Positions 34,713 through 43,771 of a stretch of DNA of 64,000 nucleotides are shown one piece after another. This DNA is from Kiloniellaceae bacterium. Its GTDB lineage: Bacteria; Pseudomonadota; Alphaproteobacteria; Kiloniellales; J153. Under the pieces are notes generated by a model that was not told the origin of the DNA, ran no database searches, and saw nothing but the letters and a program-made list of their open reading frames with translations. The stretch is taken from NCBI GenBank assembly GCA_021776115.1, contig JAJFGN010000045.1:83025-147024 (forward strand), in the 5' to 3' direction. The number at the start of each line of letters is the position of its first letter. Positions within the stretch are counted from its first letter, which is position 1. The position numbers were made by a program, and so were the translations under genes.

Positions 34713-36281
34713 TCAGATCGCGCCTTTGGACATTTGCTCGGCGATGTAGTCGGCTTGGCGGATCGCCAGGGTCACGATGGTCAGCGTCGGGTTCTCCGCG
34801 CCGCCGGTGGTGAACTGGCTGCCGTCGGAGATGAAGAGATTGCCGATGTCGTGGGTCTGGCCGAAGGCGTTGCACACGCCGTCGCTGGCCTTGGCGCTCA
34901 TCCGGCAGGTACCCAGGTTGTGCGTCGAGGGATAGGGCGGCGTTTCGATGGTCCTGAGCGCGCCGACCGCGTCGTACACCGCCGAGCCCTGCTTGAAGGC
35001 GTGGTTGCGCATGGCGATGTCGTTCGGGTGGTCGTCGAAGTGCACGTTGGGCACCGGCAGACCGTACTGGTCCTTCTCGCTGCCGTGCAGGGTGATCGCG
35101 TTCGTCTCCTGCGGCATGTCCTCGCCGACCAGCCACATGCCGGCCATATGGTCGTACATGTCCATGGCGGCGGTGAAATCGCGGCCCCAGGCGCCCGGGT
35201 TCAGGAACGCGGCCATGAAGGGCAGGCCGAGCGACAGGGTCTCCATCTCGTAGCCGCCGACGAAACCGCGGCTCGGGTCGTGCTTGGACTCGTCGGTGAT
35301 GATCCCGGCCATGGTCGTGCCGCGGTACATGTTCACCGGCCGGTCGAAGGTGCCGTAGACGGAGCCGGTCATGTGCCGCATGTAGTTCTTGCCGACCTGG
35401 CCCGATGAATTGGCCAGGCCGTCCGGAGACTTCGCGGTCGCCGAGTTGAGAAGCAGGCGCGGGGTTTCGATCGAGTTGCCCGCCACGCACACGGCGCGCG
35501 CCTTCTGAACCTGTTGCTTACCGTCCTTGTCGGCATAGAGCACGCCGGAGATCTTGCCGTCGGCGCCGGTCTGGATTTGCAGCGCATGGGCCTGGGTGCG
35601 CAGGTCCAGGTTGCCGGTCGCCTCCGCCGCCGGAATCTCGGTATAGAGAGTCGACCACTTGGCGCCCGATTTGCAGCCCTGAAAGCAGAAGCCGATCTGC
35701 CAGCAGGAATCGCGGCCATTGCGCGGCCGGCTGTTGATCGACATGCGCCCGGTGTGGACGCCCTTGTAGCCGAGCCGCTTGGCCCCGGCGTACATCACCT
35801 TGAAGTTGTTGTTGCCGGGCAGGCCGGGGATACCGTTGGTTCGGGTCGTGCCCATCTTGTCCTCGGCCTTGGCGTAGTAAGGCTCGAGGTCCTGCAGCGT
35901 CAGCGGCCAATCGAGCAGGTTCGCGCCCGCGACCTCGCCGTAGGTCGATTTGACCTTGAACTCGTGATCCTGCAGGCGCAGCGACGCGCCGGCCCAGTGC
36001 GTGGTCGAGCCGCCGACGGTCTTGCAGATCCAGGCCGGCAGGCCCGAGAAGTCCTTGGCGACGCGCCAAGAGCCGGAGGTCGTGCGCTTGTCGAGCCAGG
36101 AGAGCTGGCCGAAGGCTCCCCACTCGTCGTTCACGAAGCTTTCCGTCGACTCGCGCTTGCCGGCTTCGAGCAAGACGGTCTTGATGCCCTTGCCGCACAA
36201 TTCGTTGGCCAGCGTGCCGCCGCCCGCGCCCGAGCCGATGACGACAACCGCGGAGGAATCGGTGAGATCGATCTTTGCCAT
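34713..36281 (-). CDS. GMC-family flavoprotein oxidoreductase (large subunit)
   Basis: GSGAGGG FAD motif, VGGSTTHW, CWQIGFCFQGC, HNLGTCRM, ENPTLT. Confidence 0.9.
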   Translation of the reverse strand: MAKIDLTDSSAVVVIGSGAGGGTLANELCGKGIKTVLLEAGKRESTESFVNDEWGAFGQLSWLDKRTTSGSWRVAKDFSGLPAWICKTVGGSTTHWAGASLRLQDHEFKVKSTYGEVAGANLLDWPLTLQDLEPYYAKAEDKMGTTRTNGIPGLPGNNNFKVMYAGAKRLGYKGVHTGRMSINSRPRNGRDSCWQIGFCFQGCKSGAKWSTLYTEIPAAEATGNLDLRTQAHALQIQTGADGKISGVLYADKDGKQQVQKARAVCVAGNSIETPRLLLNSATAKSPDGLANSSGQVGKNYMRHMTGSVYGTFDRPVNMYRGTTMAGIITDESKHDPSRGFVGGYEMETLSLGLPFMAAFLNPGAWGRDFTAAMDMYDHMAGMWLVGEDMPQETNAITLHGSEKDQYGLPVPNVHFDDHPNDIAMRNHAFKQGSAVYDAVGALRTIETPPYPSTHNLGTCRMSAKASDGVCNAFGQTHDIGNLFISDGSQFTTGGAENPTLTIVTLAIRQADYIAEQMSKGAI

Positions 36282-36299
36282 GATGTTGTCCTCTCTGCC

Positions 36300-36857
36300 T
36301 TAACCGGCCTTGGGGCTGGCGTCCTCGGATGGCTCCGGGAGCCATGCGAGATCGTCGAAGCCGCGGTCGATATAGCCGCCGAATTCGTAGGACGGTCCCT
36401 CGTAGCCGAAGTGCCGCCAGACCAGGGGATTGTTGTAGAGCGCGACCACGATGGTGCCGCGCACCTTCTGGAAGAATCCGCCGTCTTGGATCGCGGTCAG
36501 GGTGGTCAGCTTGTTGCCCTCCGAGAGATCCAACCATTTGACGCCCATGGTCTGGTCCAATGCGGCGACGCCCTCGCGCAACAGCTTGGCCAGGTCCTTG
36601 TCGTCCTTCGCCGCGCCGTCCAGAGTCTCGACCACGCCGGCGTAGTACATGTCGGCCAAGGTGTCGTGCGGGTAAATCTGGCGCGACATGGCCAGCAGCG
36701 TCTTCGCCGTGTGTTCGTCCAAGGCCTGGAGCTGCAGGGCCCAGGCCCCGTCCGGCGCCACCAGGACCGCGCCGGAGGCGACGGCGGCCACGCCTGCCGC
36801 CGCCAGCCCGCCGGTGTGCAGGAATTGGCGGCGGTTCATGCCGGTTGTTTTTTTCAT
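36300..36857 (-). CDS. Tat-exported small subunit (gluconate 2-dehydrogenase subunit 3-like)
   Basis: MNRRQFL twin-arginine signal; FGYEG and GFDDLAWL motifs; 18 bp upstream of the GMC gene. Confidence 0.8.
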   Translation of the reverse strand: MKKTTGMNRRQFLHTGGLAAAGVAAVASGAVLVAPDGAWALQLQALDEHTAKTLLAMSRQIYPHDTLADMYYAGVVETLDGAAKDDKDLAKLLREGVAALDQTMGVKWLDLSEGNKLTTLTAIQDGGFFQKVRGTIVVALYNNPLVWRHFGYEGPSYEFGGYIDRGFDDLAWLPEPSEDASPKAG

Positions 36858-36892
36858 GGAAGTTTCTCCTCTGTCGGGCGTTGTCGTTTTTC

Positions 36893-37288
36893 TCATTGAT
36901 AGCGGCCGTGCCGCTCCAGAACTTCAATCTTGTATCCGTCCGGGTCCTGGACGAAGAAGAAGCGCGCCATCAACGCGCCGTCGCGGTGAAATTCCTTCAC
37001 GTCGGTCGGATTCAATTCTAATTCCTTGAAACGGGCGTGCTCCGCCTCGGCGTCGTCGACGCAAACCGCGACATGGCCATAGCCGTCGCCGTGCGTGTAG
37101 GCTTCGGTGTGGCCCTTGTTCAAGGTAAGCTCGATTTCGAAGTCGTTTTCGTCATTGCGCAGGTAGACCAGCGCAAAGCCGTCGAAATCGAAGTGATCTG
37201 CGACCTTCAGGCCGAAGGCCTGATTGTAGAAGCCGATCGATCGGTCCAGGTCCAGGACCCGGATCATGGTATGAATCGCCTTGGCCAT
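36893..37288 (-). CDS. VOC family glyoxalase I (lactoylglutathione lyase)-like protein
   Basis: HTMIRV, EIELT, GYGHVAV, DPDGYKIE metal-ligand pattern. Confidence 0.85.
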   Translation of the reverse strand: MAKAIHTMIRVLDLDRSIGFYNQAFGLKVADHFDFDGFALVYLRNDENDFEIELTLNKGHTEAYTHGDGYGHVAVCVDDAEAEHARFKELELNPTDVKEFHRDGALMARFFFVQDPDGYKIEVLERHGRYQ

Positions 37289-37408
37289 GGCCTGTGCTCC
37301 GCCTCGAAAACGCGCGATACCCAATGGCTAAGCCTAGCCCCTGGGCGCGGGTCCGTGGTGGTAGCCGGTTACTACATCGCCGGATACGGCATTTATCGAC
37401 CGGCGCGA

Positions 37409-37729
37409 TTACTCCGCCGCGGCTAAGGCGGCCTCTTCGATTGCCACCTTGGGCAGGTGCGCCAGCAGCTCGGGGCGGCGCAGGTAGAGCACGCAGGTCA
37501 CACGCAGCAGCGAGGAAAAGTTGGCGATTCCGCCTTGTAACCCTATGACTTCGTCGTAGAGGGTTGAAAGAAACCGCGGCGTGGTTAATCCCTGGCGCTG
37601 CGCGATCTCGTCCAGGATATCCCAGAAGGCGGCTTCCAGGCGGATGCTCGTGGCGTGGCCCGCGAGGCGGACCGAGCGGGCGACATAGGCATAACTGGCC
37701 GGGTCCTGCCCAGCGAAAATCTGGCACAT
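37409..37729 (-). CDS. Ribbon-helix-helix (RHH_4-type) protein
   Basis: RSVRLAGHATSIRLEAAFWDILDEIA...NFSSLLRV. Confidence 0.82.
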   Translation of the reverse strand: MCQIFAGQDPASYAYVARSVRLAGHATSIRLEAAFWDILDEIAQRQGLTTPRFLSTLYDEVIGLQGGIANFSSLLRVTCVLYLRRPELLAHLPKVAIEEAALAAAE

Positions 37730-37995
37730 GGTGCGTCCTCCCTACACGGAGCCTGCCTCCAGCCGTCGCCGGGGCTGACCTTGGCGGCACGGGCGCCGAT
37801 TTGCGTCCCGGGCTCCTGTTTCGCGCCCATCTTAACATTAATTCGGGCGCTATGTGAGACCTGGAGCGCGCTTATTCGCGCTGGCGGGCGTTTTCTGTTG
37901 CCGCCTTCGCCTCAGTTTGAAAACATACCAGATGCCGCTTGTGGCGGACTGGGCCGCCGGGCCGGAAATAGGAGAATAATCACAGGGAGGTTGGC

Positions 37996-40032
37996 ATGAC
38001 CGGACAGGAGACCACTGCGGCGCGCTGCGCCGTGCTCGTAGGGCCGTACACCAGCGGCAAGACGACTCTGATGGAGGCCCTTTTGTTCGCGGCCGAGGCG
38101 ATCCCGCGCAAGGGTTCGGTGCCGCAGGGCAACACGCTGGGCGATTCCTCGCCCGAGGCGCGCCACCGGCAAATGACAGTCGAGCCGAACATCGCGCACT
38201 GCGAATACCTGGGCGACCATTGGTCGTTCATCGACTGTCCCGGATCCGTCGAATTAAGCCAGGATCGCAATGCCGCCCTCATGGCCGCCGATATCGCGAT
38301 CGTCGTGGCCGAGCCCGAACCCGGCCGGGCCCTGACCCTGGCCCCGATATTCAAAATTCTCGACGATTTCAATATCCCGCACCTTCTTTTCGTCAACAAG
38401 ATGGACAAAACCGAGGTCCGGGTGCGCGATCTCATGGAGGCTTTGCAGGCGGTTTCCTCCAAGCCGTTGGTTTTGCGGCAAGTGCCGATTCGAGACGGCG
38501 ATCAGGTCAGCGGCTTTGTCGACCTCGTGAGCGAGCGGGCTTACCGGTACAAGGAAGGCACCGCGTCCGACCTCGTTCAAATGCCGGAGGGGATCAAGGA
38601 ACGCGAAGGCGAAGCCCGGCAGGAGATGCTGGAATCCTTGGCCGACTTTGACGATGCGTTGCTTGAACAGCTACTCGAGGATAAGGTCCCGGCGACCGGC
38701 GAAGTTTATGAGCAACTGACCAAGGATCTGCAGGAAGATTTGATCGTGCCGGTGCTATTCGGTTCGGCCGAGGCCGGGAATGGGATGACGCGGTTATGGA
38801 AAGCGTTGCGCCACGAAGCGCCGCGACCTGAGAAGACGGCCGAGCGCTTGGAAATCCCCTTAGGCGAGGAGTTCACGGCCTCCGTCGTCCGCGTCTACCA
38901 TCAGGCGCACACCGGGAAGATGACCTTGGCGCGGGTGTGGAATGGTGTCGCCAAGGATGGCATGACACTCGGCGGCGAGAGGGTTTCGGGGCTATTCCAC
39001 ATGATGGGACCCGATGGTTTGAAAATAACCGAAGCGGGTGTCGGCGACTTGGTCGCCTTGGGACGCATGGAAAGCCCGCAGGCCGGGAATCTCTTGCGAG
39101 ACGGCGAGCGGATCGAAGACCCGGAGATGGCTTGCCCCGAGGCGCTCAAACCGGTTTTCGGCCTGGCCATCACGCCGAAGAATCGGCAGGACGAAGTTAA
39201 ATTGACCGGCAGCATCGCCAAGCTGATCGAGGAAGACCCCTCGCTAGAGTTGGAACACAACGCCGATACACATCAGATGCTGCTTTGGGGGCAGGGTGAG
39301 ATCCACCTGCAACTCGCGGTCGAGCATTTAAGTAGTAAGTACCACGTGGAGGTAGAGACCGCCCGGCCGCAGACCGCGTACAAGGAAACCATAAAGCGCA
39401 GCACAAAGCAGCACTCACGTTTCAAGCGGCAGAGTGGCGGACACGGTCAGTTCGGCGACGTTCAGATCGAGATTCAACCCCAGCCGCGCGGCAAGGGCTT
39501 TGCATTCGTCGACAAGGTCGTGGGTGGCTCGGTGCCCCGGCAATACATTCCTGCAGTCGAACACGGCGCCCGGGAATATTTGCAGCGCGGCCCGCTTGGC
39601 TTCCCTGTGGTCGATGTCGCGGTCACGCTGTTCGACGGGCAATACCACTCGGTGGACAGCTCGGACATGGCGTTCAAGACCGCCGGGCGATTGGCGATGT
39701 CCGAAGGCATGCCCAACTGCCAACCGGTGCTGCTGGAGCCGATCTACGAGGTGACGATCTCGATACCGAACGAGTTTACCTCCAAAATCCATGGGTTGGT
39801 CAGCGGCCGGCGCGGGCAAATTCTAGGTTTCGAGACGAAGCCCGGCTGGGACGGTTGGGATAACCTGAAGTGTCACCTGCCACAGGCGGAGCTACAGGAT
39901 CTGATCGTCGAATTGCGTTCCTTGACCTTCGGGGTCGGTAGCTTCGAGCGAAGTTTCGATCACCTTCAGGAACTGACCGGCCGTTTGGCGGACAAAGTGA
40001 TCGAGGCGCAGCAATCCGACGACGCGCATTAG
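37996..40032 (+). CDS. Elongation factor G paralog (EF-G2-like)
   Basis: G1 GPYTSGKTT, DCPG, NKMD, GEIHL, KRQSGGHGQFG, LLEPI; five-domain EF-G length. Confidence 0.88.
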   Translation: MTGQETTAARCAVLVGPYTSGKTTLMEALLFAAEAIPRKGSVPQGNTLGDSSPEARHRQMTVEPNIAHCEYLGDHWSFIDCPGSVELSQDRNAALMAADIAIVVAEPEPGRALTLAPIFKILDDFNIPHLLFVNKMDKTEVRVRDLMEALQAVSSKPLVLRQVPIRDGDQVSGFVDLVSERAYRYKEGTASDLVQMPEGIKEREGEARQEMLESLADFDDALLEQLLEDKVPATGEVYEQLTKDLQEDLIVPVLFGSAEAGNGMTRLWKALRHEAPRPEKTAERLEIPLGEEFTASVVRVYHQAHTGKMTLARVWNGVAKDGMTLGGERVSGLFHMMGPDGLKITEAGVGDLVALGRMESPQAGNLLRDGERIEDPEMACPEALKPVFGLAITPKNRQDEVKLTGSIAKLIEEDPSLELEHNADTHQMLLWGQGEIHLQLAVEHLSSKYHVEVETARPQTAYKETIKRSTKQHSRFKRQSGGHGQFGDVQIEIQPQPRGKGFAFVDKVVGGSVPRQYIPAVEHGAREYLQRGPLGFPVVDVAVTLFDGQYHSVDSSDMAFKTAGRLAMSEGMPNCQPVLLEPIYEVTISIPNEFTSKIHGLVSGRRGQILGFETKPGWDGWDNLKCHLPQAELQDLIVELRSLTFGVGSFERSFDHLQELTGRLADKVIEAQQSDDAH

Positions 40033-40047
40033 GTTTGGACGCTCGGT

Positions 40048-40088
40048 CGTCATCCCGGAAAGCGCCGGAAGGCGCTTATCCGGGATCC
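40048..40088. repeat. CGTC-type REP hairpin
   Basis: CGTC followed by ATCCCGGA-AAGCGCC-GGAA-GGCGCTT-A-TCCGGGAT. Confidence 0.7.
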
Positions 40089-40182
40089 AAGCACTCACGT
40101 TGGCGGCAAGACGAGGCGGAAGTGACTGCCTTGAGATGTGACTCTCTAATGAACTGGGTACCGAAATGACCTTGAACGGCCG

Positions 40183-40986
40183 ATGACGAGCGACGTTGCG
40201 ACTCGCGCGGCCGAGGCGCTGATCGCGGCCCGGCGCGACCGGCGGCCGATCGCACGGCTTCCCGAGGGGAGTGCGCCCGAAACTATTTCTCAGGCCTACG
40301 AAATCCAAACGGCGGTTGTCGACATCTTGAGCCCCGGCGATTCCGGTATCGGTATCGCCGGCTTCAAGATCGGGGCGACCAGCCGTGCGGCGCAGGATTT
40401 CCTGGCGCTGGACGGTCCCTTTTACGGTTGTATCCCGGCGCGCCGGATTTTGAACGCGCCAGCCAAGCTGTCCCTCAGCGATTTCAATTTCTGCCTGATC
40501 GAGCCTGAATTCGCGGTGCGGCTTGGCCGCGATCTAGCGCCGCGCGACGGCGGATACCTGCGTGGTGACGTCGCCGAAGCGGTGACCAGTGTTCATCCGG
40601 CCTTCGAAGTGGTCACCAGCGCCTATGGTCAGGCCTGGCGGGAGGCTGGAGCCCCCGGCCTGATCGCCGATAACGGTGTGCACGGATGCCTGGTCTTGGG
40701 GCCAGGGCAAGAGGATTGGCGCTCGCTCGATCTTGCCGAGCATGGCGTGGTATTTCGCCGTAACGGGCACGAGGAGGGCCGTGGCCGCGGCGCAAACGCG
40801 CTTGGCCATCCTCTTGACGCCTTGGCCTGGCTGGCGGGACAGGCGCCGGCCGGCGAGCGCGGCCTTAAGGCCGGCGATATCGTGACGACCGGGGTCGTCA
40901 CCCCCTTCCTTTATGCCGAGGTTGGTGACACGCTGGTCGCCGACTTCGACACCTTGGGCGAGGTCCAACTCGACATCATAGCTTAG
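40183..40986 (+). CDS. 2-keto-4-pentenoate hydratase / FAA hydrolase superfamily protein
   Basis: GFKIGATS, IEPEFAV, PAFEVV, IADNG, LKAGDIVTTG. Confidence 0.85.
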   Translation: MTSDVATRAAEALIAARRDRRPIARLPEGSAPETISQAYEIQTAVVDILSPGDSGIGIAGFKIGATSRAAQDFLALDGPFYGCIPARRILNAPAKLSLSDFNFCLIEPEFAVRLGRDLAPRDGGYLRGDVAEAVTSVHPAFEVVTSAYGQAWREAGAPGLIADNGVHGCLVLGPGQEDWRSLDLAEHGVVFRRNGHEEGRGRGANALGHPLDALAWLAGQAPAGERGLKAGDIVTTGVVTPFLYAEVGDTLVADFDTLGEVQLDIIA

Positions 40987-41032
40987 AGCCGCGCCCCGAA
41001 GCCTTGCAACGTATCGGAGAGAAGGAAAATTC

Positions 41033-41326
41033 ATGTCCAGCGAAGGTTTGCACGCGCCGCGCGAGCGGCTGAGTTCAGAGACCCTGAGCTTGCATCAAGC
41101 GATCGCCTCTCTGATGGAGGAGTTGGAGGCCGTCGATTGGTATCGGCAGCGCGCCGACGATTGCGATGACAAGGCCTTGAAGGAGATTCTGCTGCACAAC
41201 ATGCGGGAAGAAATGGAACACGCCTGCATGGTCCTGGAATGGATACGGCGCAACAACAAGGATTTCGAGGCCATGATGGACGAGTTCCTGTACCGCAAAG
41301 GCGAGATCGCCGGTCATCACGACTAA
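41033..41326 (+). CDS. Encapsulin-associated ferritin-like protein (EncFtn/Flp), no cargo peptide
   Basis: LMEELEAVDWYRQR...HNMREEMEH...LEWIRR matches the EncFtn ferroxidase pattern. Confidence 0.88.
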   Translation: MSSEGLHAPRERLSSETLSLHQAIASLMEELEAVDWYRQRADDCDDKALKEILLHNMREEMEHACMVLEWIRRNNKDFEAMMDEFLYRKGEIAGHHD

Positions 41327-41586
41327 TATCAACGACCCTTGGTATAACATCGGGGAGACCCGGTGCAGCCCCAAAAAATCCGGTGGGCAACCGCCTTCTT
41401 CGTGATGACCACGTGATATTTGCGGCTTAACCTAGCCTCTACGAGGCCGTGATAGGCTCCGTGAAGCGCCCGGATCGCGGCCAAAAAAAGTGGCGCTCAA
41501 CTGGGGCTCTCGAAACCTTGATTGGCCCCTGGGCGGTCGATGGCCCATCTCGGCTTAAGACTTTTTTTTACAAAGGACGCTGACGC

Positions 41587-42594
41587 ATGTTGCTCAAGAT
41601 CAAGCGCGGCTGGGAATTAAGGGAATCCCAGGCAACGCCCGAAAATATCTACCACGACCGGCGGCGCCTGTTGAAAATGGCAGCGGCGGGACCGGTTCTC
41701 TTGGCCGGTGGCGGACTATTGGCGGCCTGCGACGACGCGCCGGCGCAAGCGACCCAGCTTGCCGCGTCCGACGCGGCGGGCATGCCCGATCCCAGCGCGA
41801 AGCTTTACCCGGTACAGCGTAACATGCGTTACCGGCTCGATCGCGATCTGACCGCCGAGGATGTCGCGACGACCTATAACAACTATTACGAATTCGGGTC
41901 CTCCAAGAACATTTGGCAGAAAGCGCAAGCCCTGCCGATTCGGCCTTGGGTCGTCAGCATCGCAGGCCTGGTCGAAAAGCCGATGGAGATCGGCATCGAC
42001 GACCTCTTGGCCAAAATGCCACTGGAAGAGCGCCTGTACAGGCATCGCTGTGTGGAGGCTTGGTCGATGGCGGTGCCCTGGAGCGGCTTTGCGCTTAAGG
42101 CCTTGGTCGATTTCGCCCGTCCGCTTGGCTCGGCGAAGTTCCTCAAGATGGTGACCTTTGAGAATCCCGGGGTCGCAGGCGGGCAAAAAGCGTCCTGGTA
42201 TCCTTGGCCCTATGTCGAGGGTTTGACCATGGCGGAGGCGACCAACGATCTCGCATTCATCGCCACCGGCCTTTACGGCAAGGCGATGCCGAAACAAAAC
42301 GGAACGCCGCTGCGCCTGGCTGTGCCGTGGAAATACGGCTTCAAATCGATTAAAGGAATCGTCCGTTTCGAGTTTACCGACCAGCGCCCGGTTACATTCT
42401 GGGAGGAAATTCAGGCGGCGGAATACGGCTTCTGGGCTAACGTAAATCCCGAGGTTTCGCATCCGCGCTGGAGCCAGGCGAGCGAGCGCGTGATCGGCTC
42501 GGACGAGCGTGTGCCCACGCTGCTCTACAATGGCTACGGCGAATTCGTCGCCGATCTCTATACCGGCATGGAGAACGAGAAGTTGTACATGTAG
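41587..42594 (+). CDS. msrP: Periplasmic methionine sulfoxide reductase catalytic subunit
   Basis: ATPENIYHDRRRLLK Tat signal, YNNYYEFG, HRCVEAWS (Mo-ligand Cys), PWKYGFKSIK, YGFWANVNP. Confidence 0.93.
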   Translation: MLLKIKRGWELRESQATPENIYHDRRRLLKMAAAGPVLLAGGGLLAACDDAPAQATQLAASDAAGMPDPSAKLYPVQRNMRYRLDRDLTAEDVATTYNNYYEFGSSKNIWQKAQALPIRPWVVSIAGLVEKPMEIGIDDLLAKMPLEERLYRHRCVEAWSMAVPWSGFALKALVDFARPLGSAKFLKMVTFENPGVAGGQKASWYPWPYVEGLTMAEATNDLAFIATGLYGKAMPKQNGTPLRLAVPWKYGFKSIKGIVRFEFTDQRPVTFWEEIQAAEYGFWANVNPEVSHPRWSQASERVIGSDERVPTLLYNGYGEFVADLYTGMENEKLYM

Positions 42595-42613
42595 GGCGGC
42601 CGTGCGCGGGCCG

Positions 42614-43543
42614 TCAGGTCAGGAAAATCCAGTACAAGATACCGCCGAAAAGCACGTACTTGACGGCGTAGTATAGACGCCGGTTATAGGCTTTCAGCGC
42701 CTTGGCTTTGCGCCGGACGGCATAGACGTACTTGAAGGCGCGATTGAACGCGCCGACGTGTTCTCCGTCCACGTTCTTGGTTGCCGACAAGCCGATGAGG
42801 TACTTTGAAAAAAACCGGTTATAGGCGCGCGCGACCCGGTTGCGCATCGGCCGCTCTATATCGCAGAACAGAATGATGCGGTCGGTGTCCGCCTCATTGA
42901 TCGCCTTATGGATATAGGTCTCGTCGAACACAATGCCCTCGCCGTCGCGCCAGCTATAGGGCTCGCCATCGATGTAAATCCGGCATTTGTCGTCATTCGG
43001 CGTGACCAGCCCAAGATGGTACCGCAAGGCGCCCGCGTAGGGGTCGCGGTGCGCGACCAGGGAACCGCCGGGCGGCAAGGCCGCGAACATGGCGCCATGT
43101 ATGTTCGGTATCCGCTCAAGCAGGGCGACCGTTTTGGGGCAACGCAGGCGCGCCGAGGGCAGGTCGCCTTCGTACCATTTCAGGTAAAACCGGGTCCAAC
43201 CTGTCTTGAAGAAGGAGTTGAAGCCTAAATCGTCGTAGGCATCCGACGCGCGGATCGCGCCCTCTCGGCGCAAGGCAATGGCCTCTTCCCGGATGGTCTC
43301 CCAATTGTCGGATAGAATCTTGAGTTCGGGAAATTGCCCGACCTCCAGAACCGGCCGGTTGGGGACCGCGGAGAAAAGATACAACAGGCAATTGAACGGC
43401 GCCAAAAAGGTCGAATGATCCGTAAGCTGACGCGTAAAGCTAAGGCGTGCGGTGCCGCGGAAATGCACGAAAACAGCCGAGGCGATAATGCTATATAGAA
43501 TTAGGAATTTCGGCGCGAGCGCGACATTCAACATGGCGGTCAA
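42614..43543 (-). CDS. lpxO: Lipid A hydroxylase LpxO (Asp/Asn beta-hydroxylase family); start +/-3 codons
   Basis: N-terminal TM, RQLTDHSTFLAP, GWTRFYLKWY, HRDPYAG, FDETYIH, RIILFCD, C-terminal TM. Confidence 0.82.
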   Translation of the reverse strand: MTAMLNVALAPKFLILYSIIASAVFVHFRGTARLSFTRQLTDHSTFLAPFNCLLYLFSAVPNRPVLEVGQFPELKILSDNWETIREEAIALRREGAIRASDAYDDLGFNSFFKTGWTRFYLKWYEGDLPSARLRCPKTVALLERIPNIHGAMFAALPPGGSLVAHRDPYAGALRYHLGLVTPNDDKCRIYIDGEPYSWRDGEGIVFDETYIHKAINEADTDRIILFCDIERPMRNRVARAYNRFFSKYLIGLSATKNVDGEHVGAFNRAFKYVYAVRRKAKALKAYNRRLYYAVKYVLFGGILYWIFLT

Positions 43544-43571
43544 CTATGAAATGCGGTGGCGGGCGGCTGCG

Positions 43572-43600
43572 ATAGTAGCGATGCGCGCCGGGCCTGAAAA
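43572..43600 (-). promoter_or_regulatory. Possible sigma70 promoter for lpxO
   Basis: Minus strand TTTTCA-N17-TACTAT about 30 bp upstream of the ORF. Confidence 0.3.
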
Positions 43601-43639
43601 GTCCGGTTGGGGATCTGCGGTACTTGGCGCCGCCGCGGC

Positions 43640-43673
43640 AAAGAAAAAGCCGGGAAATCGATGATTTCCCGGC
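43640..43673 (-). terminator. Intrinsic terminator closing the candidate sRNA
   Basis: GCCGGGAAATC-ATC-GATTTCCCGGC perfect 11-bp stem followed by TTTTTCTTT on the minus strand. Confidence 0.85.
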
Positions 43674-43765
43674 AAGTTTAACAGGGAGGCTTCACGTCTG
43701 GGAGACGTGCGGTCCGAGCCCGAGACATAATCCCAGGCGGGACCGAGTATGCTGCGATGCAGCAC
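43640..43765 (-). ncRNA. Candidate AbcR-like trans-acting sRNA
   Basis: Four hairpins; CUCCCA loop motif (43699-43704) and single-stranded CCUCCC (43684-43689); own terminator; immediately downstream of the LsrB/VtlR-type lysR. Confidence 0.65.
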
Positions 43766-43771
43766 AAAGTA

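Noticed and set aside
34225-36927. Several 400-470 aa ORFs overlapping the GMC operon
   Set aside because: Antisense or off-frame shadows with Arg/Gly-rich nonsense composition
41327-41586. Possible encapsulin remnant or sRNA after the ferritin-like gene
   Set aside because: Too short for an encapsulin gene; no clear terminator or conserved structure seen
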